In this document: positions 27,947-37,943 of the stretch, one piece after another
How the letters are laid out: every line of letters starts with the position of its first letter
How positions within the stretch are numbered: position 1 is the stretch's first letter
DNA from: an archaeon
GTDB lineage: Archaea > Methanobacteriota_B > Thermococci > Methanofastidiosales > NM3
Direction of reading: 5' to 3'
Length of the DNA stretch: 64,000 nucleotides
NCBI GenBank assembly: GCA_004212155.1
Contig: RXIG01000001.1
Coordinates: forward strand, 96,001-160,000
Made by a program: the position numbers and the translations under genes
The notes under the pieces: generated by a model
Told to the model about the DNA's origin: nothing
What the model saw: the letters and a program-made list of their open reading frames with translations, nothing else
The model's database searches: none

Positions 27947-28090
27947 AATGGATATACGATAATTTCCTTATTAAATAATAAGAAAAAAAATGACCAATAT
28001 TAAGACAAGCATATGTGAAAAAGAACAAAAATCATTCATCCCCCTGCAAAAGGCCGTGGGCTTTCTGGTAAAACTAGCGTACGGCGGGCG

Positions 28091-28594
28091 TCACTCGAGG
28101 ACGTCCTTGTCGATGATCTCGTCAGGCGTGATCACCGATATGCCCGTTCTGTTGCCAAGGATCTCCACCTTGACGATCTTTTTCGGATAATCGAGATTCA
28201 CGACAGCCCCCAGTTCGTCGACGATGCGCGCCCCGAGCTCGCGTTCGATATCCTTTGACGAGGACACCTTGTTGCCCCTGCGCTTGCAGCGCACGGCAAA
28301 CGCCTCCCCTTCGGCGATGCGTTCACGCGCCATCTCAAATCCTTGTTCGATGATGCGCCCCTTGTCGGTGGGGATCATCTCATCGAGCGGTATGGCGCGG
28401 TGGATGGCAGTGGTCTCGTACGCGCGTATCGCCTCCAGGGCAGCATCACGCTCCATGGGAACGGTGACGAGGATGACGCCCGGATACGGCGTCCGCTTCA
28501 CCTTCGCATCCTCTCCGAACGCCCATTCAAGCTCCCACATCGCGTCGAACTGCCGATAGAGGGGCGATGTCACGAGAAAGTACATGGTAGCCAT
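28091..28594 (-). CDS. Stand-alone THUMP-domain RNA-binding protein
   Basis: FAVRCKRRG, IERELGA, VNLDYPKKIVKVEILG and GISV motifs. Confidence 0.85.
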   Translation of the reverse strand: MATMYFLVTSPLYRQFDAMWELEWAFGEDAKVKRTPYPGVILVTVPMERDAALEAIRAYETTAIHRAIPLDEMIPTDKGRIIEQGFEMARERIAEGEAFAVRCKRRGNKVSSSKDIERELGARIVDELGAVVNLDYPKKIVKVEILGNRTGISVITPDEIIDKDVLE

Positions 28595-28610
28595 GGTGGT
28601 TCACATGCAT

Positions 28611-29843
28611 TTATTTTTTCCGTCTGAGGGCGGCCTGGCGGTGTGATTCGAGTCCCTCGGCCTTGGCGAGTTCCGCCACGATGTCGGCGATGAAGTCGGG
28701 CGAGGTGATCTTCTGGTAGGTCTGTATCTTCAGGAAGCTAAACACGGAAAGACCGCCCGTGAAGCGTGCGCATCCGCCAGTGGGCAGGATGTGGTTCGTA
28801 CCCGACGCATAGTCACCGAAGCTCTCGGCCGAGTTCTTCCCGAGGAAGAGCGAACCGTAGTGCTTGAGGGATTCGGCGGCGTGCTGTTCGTTTTCGACCT
28901 GGAGCTCCACGTGCTCTGGCGCCTTCTTGTTGGCGATGTCAAACGCCTCTTGCAGGTCATCGACGATCAGGATCATGCTGTTTTCAAGCGATTGTTCGGC
29001 GATCTCTCGCGTAGGGAGCACCTTGAGCTGTTCCCCCACCTCGCGAACGACCTCCTTGGCGATGCCGTCATCGGTCGTGATGAGATGCGCCTGCGCCATG
29101 GGGTCGTGTTCAGCCTGTGATATCATGTCGGCGGCGATGAGACCAGGGTCGCCCGACGAATCGGCGATGATGAGCACCTCGCTCGGACCGGCGAGGAAAT
29201 CAATGCCCACGTCGCCGTAGACCATGCGCTTCGCAGCGGTCACGTACTTGTTGCCAGGGCCGACGATCATGTGGACGCGCGGTACCGTCTCGGTGCCGTA
29301 TGCCATGGCGGCGATCGCCTGGACGCCGCCCATGGAAAATATCCTGTCAGCGCCTGCGATGTCGGCGGCGATGATTGTCTCGTCCTTGATCTTTGGCGAA
29401 CATACCACGATCTTGTCGACGCCCGCCACCCGCGCGGGGGTGATCGACATGAGGGCCGACGAGGGGAGGGGATACCTCCCACCGGGAACGTAACATCCGA
29501 CGACCTCGACGGGTATGATCTTCTGGCCCAGGATGCTCCACTGCGTCGTGAGCTCGAAGTCCTTGAGCGAAGCCATCTGTATCTCTGCGAACTCCTTGAT
29601 GTGTTCATGGGCGGAGCGTATCGCCTCGATGACCTTGTCATCGACCGCCTCATAGGCCCTCTTCTTGTCCTCGCCCGTTATCTCGAGGGTAGGGGGCTCT
29701 ATCTTGTCAAACTTCTTGGTGTATGCCCGTACGGCGGCATCACCCTGCGCGCGGACATCCCTGATGATGTCGTGCACGACCTCTATGTCCTCAAGCGGCG
29801 TTATGTCGAAAAACGACGATGGGACCTCTCGCATTATCTTCAT
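28611..29843 (-). CDS. hisD: Histidinol dehydrogenase
   Basis: GCYVPGG, GGVQAIAAMAYG, GPGN.YV, IDFLAGPSE, QAEHD, APEH and GDYASGTNHILPT motifs. Confidence 0.96.
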   Translation of the reverse strand: MKIMREVPSSFFDITPLEDIEVVHDIIRDVRAQGDAAVRAYTKKFDKIEPPTLEITGEDKKRAYEAVDDKVIEAIRSAHEHIKEFAEIQMASLKDFELTTQWSILGQKIIPVEVVGCYVPGGRYPLPSSALMSITPARVAGVDKIVVCSPKIKDETIIAADIAGADRIFSMGGVQAIAAMAYGTETVPRVHMIVGPGNKYVTAAKRMVYGDVGIDFLAGPSEVLIIADSSGDPGLIAADMISQAEHDPMAQAHLITTDDGIAKEVVREVGEQLKVLPTREIAEQSLENSMILIVDDLQEAFDIANKKAPEHVELQVENEQHAAESLKHYGSLFLGKNSAESFGDYASGTNHILPTGGCARFTGGLSVFSFLKIQTYQKITSPDFIADIVAELAKAEGLESHRQAALRRKK

Positions 29844-31069
29844 TTTCTTCTCCCCCTTAGTTCGTTCACTATCTCATGGGGTGCTATGCCCTTGCTGGCC
29901 ATGAGCACCAGTAAGAAGTATGTGATGTCGGCTATCTCCCATACAAGATTTGCCCTGTCTGTATAATTAATTATCTCCTGGGACTCCTCGGCGATCTTGG
30001 CCATGATCGCACGCTCGTCCTTCGAGAGCCGGTAAGTGTAGGAACCCTCGTCTCCCGATGCCACGCGGGCCATCAGCGTCTCGTAAAGGTCGCCAAGCTC
30101 GAATCCCTTGTCGCCGAAGCACGAGTAGCTGCCCGTGTGGCACGCCACGCCCTTCTGTTGCACCGTGAAAAGCAGCGTGTCGCGGTCGCAGTCGTAGCGC
30201 ACGGCAAGCAGCTCCTGCGTGTTCCCCGACTCCTCTCCTTTGACCCACAGGCGTGCTCGTGAGCGCGAGTAGTACGTACCGCGCCCCGTGTCAAGCGCGC
30301 GTGCGAGTGATGCAGGGCTAGAGTATGCCATCATGAGCACGGTGCCGCGCGTGTCCTGCACGATCGTTGGCACCAGGCCGCCGCTCTTGTCGAAATCGAT
30401 GATGGCACACATCGCCTCAGTGAGCGAGAGCGCCCCCGTGTAGACGGCCATGCCTATCTGGGAGTCTGCGCCCATCTCCTCGAGCGCGCGCACCTCGTCG
30501 ACGGTGGTGATGCCGCCGGCGACGGTAAGCGACATGCCATCGGGCACGGCCGCGCGTATCTCCCGGGCGACCTCGAGGTCGACGCCCTCCATCTTCCCCT
30601 CGATCTCGACGTTGGTGAAGAGGAACCCTCCACAGAGGTCCTTGACCTCGTCGATTCGTTTGGCTGTCGCGACGCCTGTGTCGTGCTGCCATCCCTTGTC
30701 TGTGATCAGGCCCTTCCTGCTGTCGATGGCCACGATGACGTCCTCCTTCCTGAAGTTGCTCAGGAATTCCGGGGTCGCAGCAGTGCCGATGATGATGCGC
30801 GTTGCGCCGCCCTTGAGCAGTTCGGTCGCACGCTCGACGGTGCGTATGCCACCGCCCACGCGGCAGTCGGCGACCTTCATGATCTCCTTGATCGTCTCGA
30901 TGTTGTCTCCGCGCCCCATGGCAGCGTCAAGATCGATGACGGCGATCTCGCCGTAACGGCGAAATGTCCTGGCCAGTTCGATGACGTCGTCACGCTCAAG
31001 CTTCTTTTCCCTGCCCTGCACGAGCTGGACCGCCTTTCCGTCCATGAGGTCGATGCTTGGGATGATCAT
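29840..31069 (-). CDS. hisA/hisIE: Trifunctional HisA-HisI-HisE fusion
   Basis: [22 protein letters not shown] and AGGI (HisA); [22 protein letters not shown] and ACHTG..SCF (HisI); SYT..L, KIAEE..E and WEIAD..Y (HisE). One frame from ATG 31069. Confidence 0.92.
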   Translation of the reverse strand: MIIPSIDLMDGKAVQLVQGREKKLERDDVIELARTFRRYGEIAVIDLDAAMGRGDNIETIKEIMKVADCRVGGGIRTVERATELLKGGATRIIIGTAATPEFLSNFRKEDVIVAIDSRKGLITDKGWQHDTGVATAKRIDEVKDLCGGFLFTNVEIEGKMEGVDLEVAREIRAAVPDGMSLTVAGGITTVDEVRALEEMGADSQIGMAVYTGALSLTEAMCAIIDFDKSGGLVPTIVQDTRGTVLMMAYSSPASLARALDTGRGTYYSRSRARLWVKGEESGNTQELLAVRYDCDRDTLLFTVQQKGVACHTGSYSCFGDKGFELGDLYETLMARVASGDEGSYTYRLSKDERAIMAKIAEESQEIINYTDRANLVWEIADITYFLLVLMASKGIAPHEIVNELRGRRK

Positions 31070-31821
31070 CGTCGCACCTCCAGTCCCCGTTTCGCGAGGT
31101 AGTCCTTGACGTCGCCGACAGTGTATGTGCCGTAGTGGAATATCGATGCAGCAAGCGCCGCATCGGCGCCCCCCACCGCGAGCGCATCGTAGATCGACGA
31201 GAGCGATCCCGCCCCTCCCGAGGCGATGATCGGTATGGAGAGCGCATCTTGGGCAGCACTGAGCAGCTCGAGGTCGTAGCCCTCCTTCGTGCCGTCGCAG
31301 TCCATCGAGGTGAGAAGGATCTCGCCTGCGCCGCGGGCCTCGACATCCTCCATCCACTTGATGGCGTCGATGCCGGTGGCCGTGCGTCCGCCGTGTATGT
31401 AGACCTCCCAGCCCTCTCCCGAGCGTTTGGCATCGACGGCGACGACGATGCACTGGCTGCCGAAGTAGCGCGACGTCTCGTTGACGAGCGTCGGGTCGTC
31501 GACGGCGGCCGTGTTGAGCGAGACCTTGTCAGCACCCGCCTTCAGGATGCGCTCGATGGCGTCGATCGAGCGGATGCCGCCTCCGACGGTAAACGGTATG
31601 AATATCTCCCGGGCCACTCGCCCGACCATGTCAACGACGGTGTCGCGCCGCTCGTGCGACGCGGTGATGTCGAGGAAGACGAGCTCGTCGGCCCCCTGCT
31701 GGTCGTAGCGCTTCCCGAGTTCGACAGGGTCGCCGGCATCCCTGAGGCTGACGAAGTTCGTGCCTTTCACGACACGTCCGTTGTCTACATCAAGGCACGG
31801 TATTATTCTCTTTGCAAGCAT
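31066..31821 (-). CDS. hisF: Imidazole glycerol phosphate synthase, cyclase subunit
   Basis: [44 protein letters not shown] and AALAASIFH motifs. Confidence 0.97.
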   Translation of the reverse strand: MLAKRIIPCLDVDNGRVVKGTNFVSLRDAGDPVELGKRYDQQGADELVFLDITASHERRDTVVDMVGRVAREIFIPFTVGGGIRSIDAIERILKAGADKVSLNTAAVDDPTLVNETSRYFGSQCIVVAVDAKRSGEGWEVYIHGGRTATGIDAIKWMEDVEARGAGEILLTSMDCDGTKEGYDLELLSAAQDALSIPIIASGGAGSLSSIYDALAVGGADAALAASIFHYGTYTVGDVKDYLAKRGLEVRR

Positions 31822-32387
31822 GATAACCACCATTGAAGCAGTGAGAGGCCGTAGGGGCCGCTCTTTTCCGGGTGAAACTGAAACGCCGTCATCGTCCCCG
31901 TGCGTACCGCCGCGATGAACGTGCCGTGATAGTCCGACGTTGCGATCGCGTGGGATGATGAGGCAATGCGGTATGAGTTGACGTAGTATGCCCATCCCTC
32001 GGGCATGCCGTCGATGAGCGTGTCGATGTGATTCCAGCCGATTTGCGGAACCTTGCCTTTCGTGAATCGCGTGGCGCGCCCCTCGAGAAGGCCGAATCCT
32101 TCGTGGTCGGGGCTCTCGTCGCTTCCCTCAAAGAGAAGGTGGAGCCCGAGGCATATGCCAAGGTAGGGAGTCCCACCTCTTACCTGCTCGAAGAGCGGTT
32201 CGAAGAGCGAGCGTTCCCGGAGATTATCGACCATCGCGCCGAACGAACCGACCCCAGGAAACACGAGCGCATCGCAGCGTTCCATCTTCTCCGGCCCCGG
32301 GATGATAGTGGTTTCCTTGCCGATGTAGGTGAGAGCATTGCATACGCTTGCGATGTTGCCCGCACCGTAATCGATGACGCCTATCAC
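31803..32387 (-). CDS. hisH: Imidazole glycerol phosphate synthase, glutaminase subunit
   Basis: IDYGAGN, PGVGSF, GICLG, VPQIGWN and QFHPEKS motifs; GTG start overlaps the hisB stop. Confidence 0.95.
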   Translation of the reverse strand: MIGVIDYGAGNIASVCNALTYIGKETTIIPGPEKMERCDALVFPGVGSFGAMVDNLRERSLFEPLFEQVRGGTPYLGICLGLHLLFEGSDESPDHEGFGLLEGRATRFTKGKVPQIGWNHIDTLIDGMPEGWAYYVNSYRIASSSHAIATSDYHGTFIAAVRTGTMTAFQFHPEKSGPYGLSLLQWWLSCLQRE

Positions 32388-32974
32388 TCTATCACGCCCT
32401 TCGTGCTGGGGATGTCCTCGATCATGCGCGAGTCGTGCGAGCACGCCATGCGCATCGCCTTGCCGAACGCCTTGAAGATCGCCTCGGCCTTGTGGTGGTC
32501 GTTTCGCCCCTGGATGGCTCGCACCGCCACGGTGGCACGCAGATTGTCTGCGAACCCCTTGAAGAGGTCGTAGAGCAGGTCGGCGTCGAGCTCGCCTATG
32601 TAGCGTCGGGTGAACGGGGCGTCGTATTGGAGCGTCGGCCTGCCACTGATGTCCACGGCGACGACGGCAAGCGACTCGTCCATGGGGAAGACGAAGTAGC
32701 CCGTCCTGTTGATGCCGCGCCGGTCGTCAAGCGCCGCATCGAACGCCTTTCCCAGCGCGATGCCCACGTCCTCGACGAGGTGGTGCTGGTCGACCTCGAG
32801 GTCGCCCTCGGCCGATAGGGTGATGTCAAAGGCCCCATGGCGAGCGAACGATTCGAGCATGTGGTCGAGGAATCCGATGCCCGTTGCGACCTGTGAGGCG
32901 CCCGTGCCGTCGATGGAGAGCGTGAGCTTGATGCGCGTCTCCTTGGTCGTCCTGTTCACGGTGGCGGTCCTCAA
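32384..32974 (-). CDS. hisB: Imidazoleglycerol-phosphate dehydratase
   Basis: RTTKET, TGIGFLDHML, DQHHLVED, PMDESL and GRNDHHKAEA.FKA motifs. Confidence 0.96.
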   Translation of the reverse strand: MRTATVNRTTKETRIKLTLSIDGTGASQVATGIGFLDHMLESFARHGAFDITLSAEGDLEVDQHHLVEDVGIALGKAFDAALDDRRGINRTGYFVFPMDESLAVVAVDISGRPTLQYDAPFTRRYIGELDADLLYDLFKGFADNLRATVAVRAIQGRNDHHKAEAIFKAFGKAMRMACSHDSRMIEDIPSTKGVIE

Positions 32975-34020
32975 CAGATCTCCTCCTTGATCTCCTTAAG
33001 CGCATCCAGGAGCGTTCGCGCCTGGTCGCGCGTGCCAACGCCCATCCGTATGCATCCTTTGAGCAGGGGGTATGAGCTCCTGTCGCGGACGAGGATGCCC
33101 CGTTCCCTAAGGGCGGCGGCGTACGCCTTCGCGTCCTTGCCGATCCTGCAGACGACGAAGTTAGCCTCCGAATTGAACACGTCAAATCCCATCTTTTTCA
33201 GTCCTTCGATGAGATTGGCGCGCGCTTCGATGACCTCATCGACATAGCGTGCAATGTAGTCTTTGTCTTTGAGCGTTGCTATGGCGCATGCGAGTGCGAG
33301 CGTGTTGACGCTGTAGGGCGAGGCAACCTTCTTGAGCGTCGATATGATCTCGGGCGAACTGATGGCGAATCCGAGCCTGAGCCCTGCGAGGCCGAACGCC
33401 TTCGAGAACGTGCGGGTCAGTATGATGTTTTTCATCTCATCGAGCAGTGGAAGCGCCGTCGTCTTGTTGAACTCGCTGTACGCCTCGTCGACGAGGACGA
33501 GCTCCGCCTCGCCCGCTATACGGGCAATCGCATCTTGAGGCACGCTCGTACCGGTGGGATTGTTGGGATTGACGACCACCACGAGCTTTGCGCCACGGGC
33601 TGCCTCCACCATGCGCTCTACGGGAAATGAGAGATCGTCGTTGTAGTAGACCCTCTGTATGTCTGCACCGAAGAGCACCGACTCGAGCTCGAAGAGCGCA
33701 TATGAGGGCGCGGGCAAAACGACCACGTCCCCCTCATTGATGAACGTGTTGAATATGATGCGTATGGCCTCGTCCGTACCGTTCGTGGCAAGGATGTTCG
33801 AGACGTCTACGCCCCAGTGCCGCGCGAAGAAGTCGTACGCTTTCGCGTACTCCGGATAGGTTGAGAGCATCTCGGGCGTTGCGTTCCTGAGCACCTCGAG
33901 CGCCTTTGGCGAGGGTCCCTGGGTGTTCTCGTTGAAGTCGAGCCTGAGCTTGTCCCGCCTTCCCTCGAGCGGCGGGTCGTAGCGCGGCATCTCCTCGACG
34001 GTCTTTCTCGGCCTAATCAT
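32971..34020 (-). CDS. hisC: Histidinol-phosphate aminotransferase
   Basis: LDFNEN, NGTDE, NPNNPTG, DEAY and RTFSKAFGLAGLRLG motifs; start 34020 or 34029. Confidence 0.94.
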   Translation of the reverse strand: MIRPRKTVEEMPRYDPPLEGRRDKLRLDFNENTQGPSPKALEVLRNATPEMLSTYPEYAKAYDFFARHWGVDVSNILATNGTDEAIRIIFNTFINEGDVVVLPAPSYALFELESVLFGADIQRVYYNDDLSFPVERMVEAARGAKLVVVVNPNNPTGTSVPQDAIARIAGEAELVLVDEAYSEFNKTTALPLLDEMKNIILTRTFSKAFGLAGLRLGFAISSPEIISTLKKVASPYSVNTLALACAIATLKDKDYIARYVDEVIEARANLIEGLKKMGFDVFNSEANFVVCRIGKDAKAYAAALRERGILVRDRSSYPLLKGCIRMGVGTRDQARTLLDALKEIKEEIC

Positions 34021-34585
34021 GCTTACCACCTATGACGACGCAGTCGCTCCTGAATATGACCTCGTAGATCTCGAGTCCGAACTCATCGATGCTCCTGCCC
34101 GAGTAGACGATGTCGACGATGGCGTCGGCGATGCCCTCGCTGCAGCTCGTCTCGACGCTGCCGTTCACGTAGATCTCCTCGATCTCGTATCCCTGTTCAC
34201 GCAGTTTGTCAAGGTACGTGGACACGATCGTCTGGTACTTGCCGCAGGCGCAGACGGTAAATGAACGTGGGAGGTCCTCTATTGTTTTTCCCTCGGGGCC
34301 GATGAAGCAGAGGGCGGGCTTCTCGTAAAGGGCCTTTTCGTCTGTCCATTCGATGCGCGAGAGCACCTCTGTTGCGTCATCGCCGTTCTTTAGCACGTAC
34401 TCCTTGTAGAGGTCCTCCCCTGTGAGTCCGATTGCCTTCTTGCCCTTCTTAGTGAGTTGTTCGACCCAGAACGGAACATCCTCCCCCCTCACGGTGATGA
34501 CCTTGCACGACCCAAGGTGTGGATGATTGTCGAGAAAGATCGATGCATATCGCTTCAATCCGGTGTTCTTTGGGAGCACCAGCAT
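34013..34585 (-). CDS. hisG: ATP phosphoribosyltransferase, short divergent form
   Basis: LPK, RGEDVP, GLTGEDL, KY and GSVE...GIADAIVDIVYSG motifs; no C-terminal ACT domain. Start ATG 34585 or GTG 34645. Confidence 0.85.
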   Translation of the reverse strand: MLVLPKNTGLKRYASIFLDNHPHLGSCKVITVRGEDVPFWVEQLTKKGKKAIGLTGEDLYKEYVLKNGDDATEVLSRIEWTDEKALYEKPALCFIGPEGKTIEDLPRSFTVCACGKYQTIVSTYLDKLREQGYEIEEIYVNGSVETSCSEGIADAIVDIVYSGRSIDEFGLEIYEVIFRSDCVVIGGKHD

Positions 34586-34622
34586 TACGTTGCAGGCGTC
34601 TTCCTGCGGTCCGGGAATGTAA

Positions 34623-34658
34623 TTAGCAGCTATGAAAAGAGTCACCTTTGTCAGTCAT
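34623..34658 (-). other. Micro-ORF MTDKGDSFHSC* in the his leader
   Basis: AAGGAGG SD at 34673-34667, ATG 34658, TAA 34625-34623. Confidence 0.45.
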
Positions 34659-34845
34659 TTCGCAATCCTCCTTAGAAGATATGGTGCCACAACGCACAAG
34701 GGCCCTGGTTGCAAGAGTAAAAGAAGGCGTTGGACGCGGCCCTTTATCCGCATATATGAAGGCGACCAGCACTTCGTGCCTTAGCCTCCCCGTCTGTGGC
34801 ATTCATGTTACCAAACACCAAATTATCCTCAAGTCGTCCTGCGCC

Positions 34846-34860
34846 ATTTATAAAAGTTTT
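34846..34860 (-). promoter_or_regulatory. BRE/TATA promoter of the his operon
   Basis: Minus strand AAAACTTTTATAAAT, ~260 nt upstream of the hisG ATG. Confidence 0.55.
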
Positions 34861-34934
34861 GGTGCCAGCGGCGACAGGCGCGTTCGTAGATATGTTTTTA
34901 TTGGTGTTTCTCGAGCGCTTCATGGTGATAGTAC

Positions 34935-35675
34935 ATGCGCACATCAAGCTGGGAGTTCAGGCTCGCCTCGTCGCTTGTCATCGCGTCGGCCCTTTTATAC
35001 ACGTTCCATTACGTCATCTTCCATGATATGCACCACATCTTCATCTATATGGTGGGCGACGTCGCGTTCGTCCCCATCGAGGTGCTCCTCGTGACGTTGC
35101 TGATACACCGCCTGCTCGAACGCAGGGAGCGCACGCGCAAGCTCGAGAAGCTCAACATCGTCATCGGTACGTTCTTCAGCGAGGTAGGCACACGGCTTCT
35201 CACCTACTTTTCAGACCACGATCCCAATCTCGATGACATCAAGTCGCACCTCGTCTTCGACGCGGAGTGGGATGAGAAATCGTTCACGCGTGCCGCACGT
35301 GCCCTGGAAGCATATTCATACGATATCGATGAGGGCACCATCGAGATGCGCCCCGTGCGCGACCTGCTCCACGAGGAGCGCGACTTCCTTGTCCGTGTGC
35401 TGGAAAACCCCCTCCTGCTCGAGCATGAAAGCTTCACGGAGCTCATGCAGGCCGTATTCCACCTTGCAGAGGAGCTTGAGAGCAGGAAAGACCTCTCCTC
35501 GCTTCCCGCTTCCGACAGGTCTCACCTCGCGCTTGACATGAAACGCGTCTACACGCGCCTCGTCACGCAATGGCTCTTGTACATGCGCCACTTAAAAGAC
35601 CACTATCCATATCTGTTCTCGCTTGCCATGCGCACGAATCCGTTCGATGAGGGCGCAACGCCGATGGTGAAATAG
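34935..35675 (+). CDS. Conserved 2-TM hypothetical protein
   Basis: Two TM helices; KLEKLN..IG.FFSEVG, LENP.LLEHESFT and YPYLFSLA.R.NPF resemble a family common in anaerobes. Confidence 0.75.
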   Translation: MRTSSWEFRLASSLVIASALLYTFHYVIFHDMHHIFIYMVGDVAFVPIEVLLVTLLIHRLLERRERTRKLEKLNIVIGTFFSEVGTRLLTYFSDHDPNLDDIKSHLVFDAEWDEKSFTRAARALEAYSYDIDEGTIEMRPVRDLLHEERDFLVRVLENPLLLEHESFTELMQAVFHLAEELESRKDLSSLPASDRSHLALDMKRVYTRLVTQWLLYMRHLKDHYPYLFSLAMRTNPFDEGATPMVK

Positions 35676-35720
35676 GAAAAAAGACCACGTTTAAATAGTC
35701 CGGGCGACACATCTTCATGC

Positions 35721-37808
35721 ATGAATCCCGAAAGGTCGCCCAACAGGCTTATAGACGAACAGAGTCCTTACCTCCTCCAGCACGCCTACAATCCCGTCGA
35801 TTGGTATCCGTGGGGTGAGGAGGCATTCGAGAGGGCGCGGACCGAAAAAAAGCCTATATTCCTTTCGATAGGCTATTCCACATGCCATTGGTGCCATGTG
35901 ATGGAAGAGGAATCGTTCGAGGATGACAAGGTGGCGTCGATCCTCAACGCCCGCTACGTGCCTATCAAGGTGGACAGGGAGGAACACCCCGATATCGACC
36001 ATATCTACATGACCGTTGCACAGCTCATGACCAAGCGGGCCGGCTGGCCGCTCACCATCCTCATGACGCCCGACAAGAAACCATTTTTTGCAGCTACGTA
36101 CCTGCCTCGCAACAGTCGTGACGGCATGCTCGGGCTCATCGAGGTGCTCGAAAGGGTGTATCGTCTTTGGGTAACCGAGCGCAAAACGCTCCTCGAGGCT
36201 GCGGAGAAGGTCACGGCATCTCTTGATGTAGGCATGTCGATTCCGCCCGGCGACATGCTCGAACGTGAGGTGCTCTCCTCAGCGTTCGAGGAACTCACCG
36301 GCTCATACGACAAGGAGCACGGAGGGTTCGGCACATTCCCCAAGTTCCCCTCGCCCCACATGATACTATTCCTCCTTCGCTACTGGCGGCGCTTCCACCA
36401 TCCGCTCGCGGTCCACATGGCCGAGCATACCCTCTCGTCCATGCGGCGCGGCGGGGTCTACGACCACTTGGCAGGCGGCATCCACCGGTATTCGGTCGAT
36501 GCGGAGTGGAAGGTGCCCCACTTCGAGAAGATGCTCTATGACCAGGCGATGGTTGCGCTTGCCTACCTCGAGGCCTACCAGGCAACAGGCAACGAATGGT
36601 ACGCAACGGTCGCCCAGGAGACGCTTGACTTCGCCATAGGTGAGATGCGGGACCGTTCGGGAGCCTTCATCTCGGCAATCGATGCCGATACCGAAGGCGA
36701 GGAAGGTGGCTACTATCTGTGGTCTTTTGAAGAACTTGAACGCGAGCTCAACGAGTCAGAGCTCGTCGTGGCAAAAGGCGTGTGGGGCGTCAGCAGCGAG
36801 GGCAACATGCCCGACGAGGTGACGGGGGAGCCATCGGGCCGTAACGTGCTCTACCGTCCACGGCCGCTCTCAGATGTCGCCGAGGAGCTCGAAATGGACG
36901 AGTCAGAGCTGTCCGAACGATTGGAGCACCTGCGTTCACGCCTCCTTTCGCTGCGCAACGAACGAACACAACCCATGAAGGACGACAAGGTGCTAACCGA
37001 CTGGAACGGCCTCATGATAGCTGCATGCGCACGGGCGTCGTCCGTCTTGGGAAGCGATCGTTACCTCTCGGTCGCAGAGGAGGCAGTCGAGGCACTGCTC
37101 TCGCACATCTACGACGGGGGACATCTTCTTCACAGGTATCGCGGCTCGACGGCAGGGATACGCGGAAAGCTCGAGGACTACGCCTATCTCTCTTGGGGCC
37201 TCTTCGAGCTCTACGAGGCATCGTTTAACACGAAGCACCTCGAACTATCCAGGGAGCTTGTCGATTACGCTATCGACCACTTCTTCGATGAGGGAACTGG
37301 GGGCTTTTTCCTCACAGATGAGCATGATGAGACCGTGCTCGTGCGCCAAAAGGAGATCTATGACGGGGCCCTCCCGTCAGGCAACAGCGTGATGACGTAC
37401 CTGCTTTCTCTGTTCTCCGCGCTCGATGGGCGATCGGGATATGGCGCGCGCGCTTCGGATCAGATACGTGCGTTCTCGCGCCACATCGAACGAAGCCCTA
37501 CCGCGTTCACGTTCTTCCTTTGCGGCATCGACCTTCATCACGGTCCCATCGCCGAGGTGCGCCTCGTTGGTGACGACGTCTCTGCGTTCACCTCTGCGCT
37601 GCGAGGCGCATACGTGCCGCATGCGGTCGTGACGGTAAAGAGCTCGCGGTCAAACGAGGTGGCGATAGAGCGGCTCGTGCCATCGATGGCAGACATTAAA
37701 CCACCCGACAGGACACCCCGGGCCTATATATGCATTGATGCGACCTGCCAGGAACCGGCGACCGAACCCGAGGAGATGGTGGCACAGCTAGAGCGTATGT
37801 ACGAGTGA
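35721..37808 (+). CDS. YyaL/SSP411 thioredoxin-domain protein (DUF255)
   Basis: [47 protein letters not shown] and [11 protein letters not shown] motifs. Confidence 0.93.
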   Translation: MNPERSPNRLIDEQSPYLLQHAYNPVDWYPWGEEAFERARTEKKPIFLSIGYSTCHWCHVMEEESFEDDKVASILNARYVPIKVDREEHPDIDHIYMTVAQLMTKRAGWPLTILMTPDKKPFFAATYLPRNSRDGMLGLIEVLERVYRLWVTERKTLLEAAEKVTASLDVGMSIPPGDMLEREVLSSAFEELTGSYDKEHGGFGTFPKFPSPHMILFLLRYWRRFHHPLAVHMAEHTLSSMRRGGVYDHLAGGIHRYSVDAEWKVPHFEKMLYDQAMVALAYLEAYQATGNEWYATVAQETLDFAIGEMRDRSGAFISAIDADTEGEEGGYYLWSFEELERELNESELVVAKGVWGVSSEGNMPDEVTGEPSGRNVLYRPRPLSDVAEELEMDESELSERLEHLRSRLLSLRNERTQPMKDDKVLTDWNGLMIAACARASSVLGSDRYLSVAEEAVEALLSHIYDGGHLLHRYRGSTAGIRGKLEDYAYLSWGLFELYEASFNTKHLELSRELVDYAIDHFFDEGTGGFFLTDEHDETVLVRQKEIYDGALPSGNSVMTYLLSLFSALDGRSGYGARASDQIRAFSRHIERSPTAFTFFLCGIDLHHGPIAEVRLVGDDVSAFTSALRGAYVPHAVVTVKSSRSNEVAIERLVPSMADIKPPDRTPRAYICIDATCQEPATEPEEMVAQLERMYE

Positions 37809-37943
37809 ACGAGATGGTGAGGACAGCATCCATGTCCTTTTTTCTCTTTTATCGTTCCTTTCTCTCATCACAAGAGAACGAAAGGTTTTTTTCCTCATAC
37901 CATAATACTTCCTTGTTAGCTACTGAATTTTCTCAGTGTTCCG

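Larger units (their letters stand above)
27353..28068 (-). mobile_element. Internally deleted IS200/IS605-family element (~715 bp) with both ends
   Basis: Left end (minus): TTTTAC-CAGAAAGCCCACGG...GGGGGATGAATG. Right end: AGAACCCCACTATTTCAGTGGTGGGAGTACGTCA(G). It contains tnpA and tnpB fragments. Confidence 0.85.

Noticed and set aside
31070-31453. Arg-rich N-terminal extension on the HisA fusion
   Set aside because: Alternate frame of hisF; the real start is ATG 31069 overlapping the hisF stop, after GGAGGTG.
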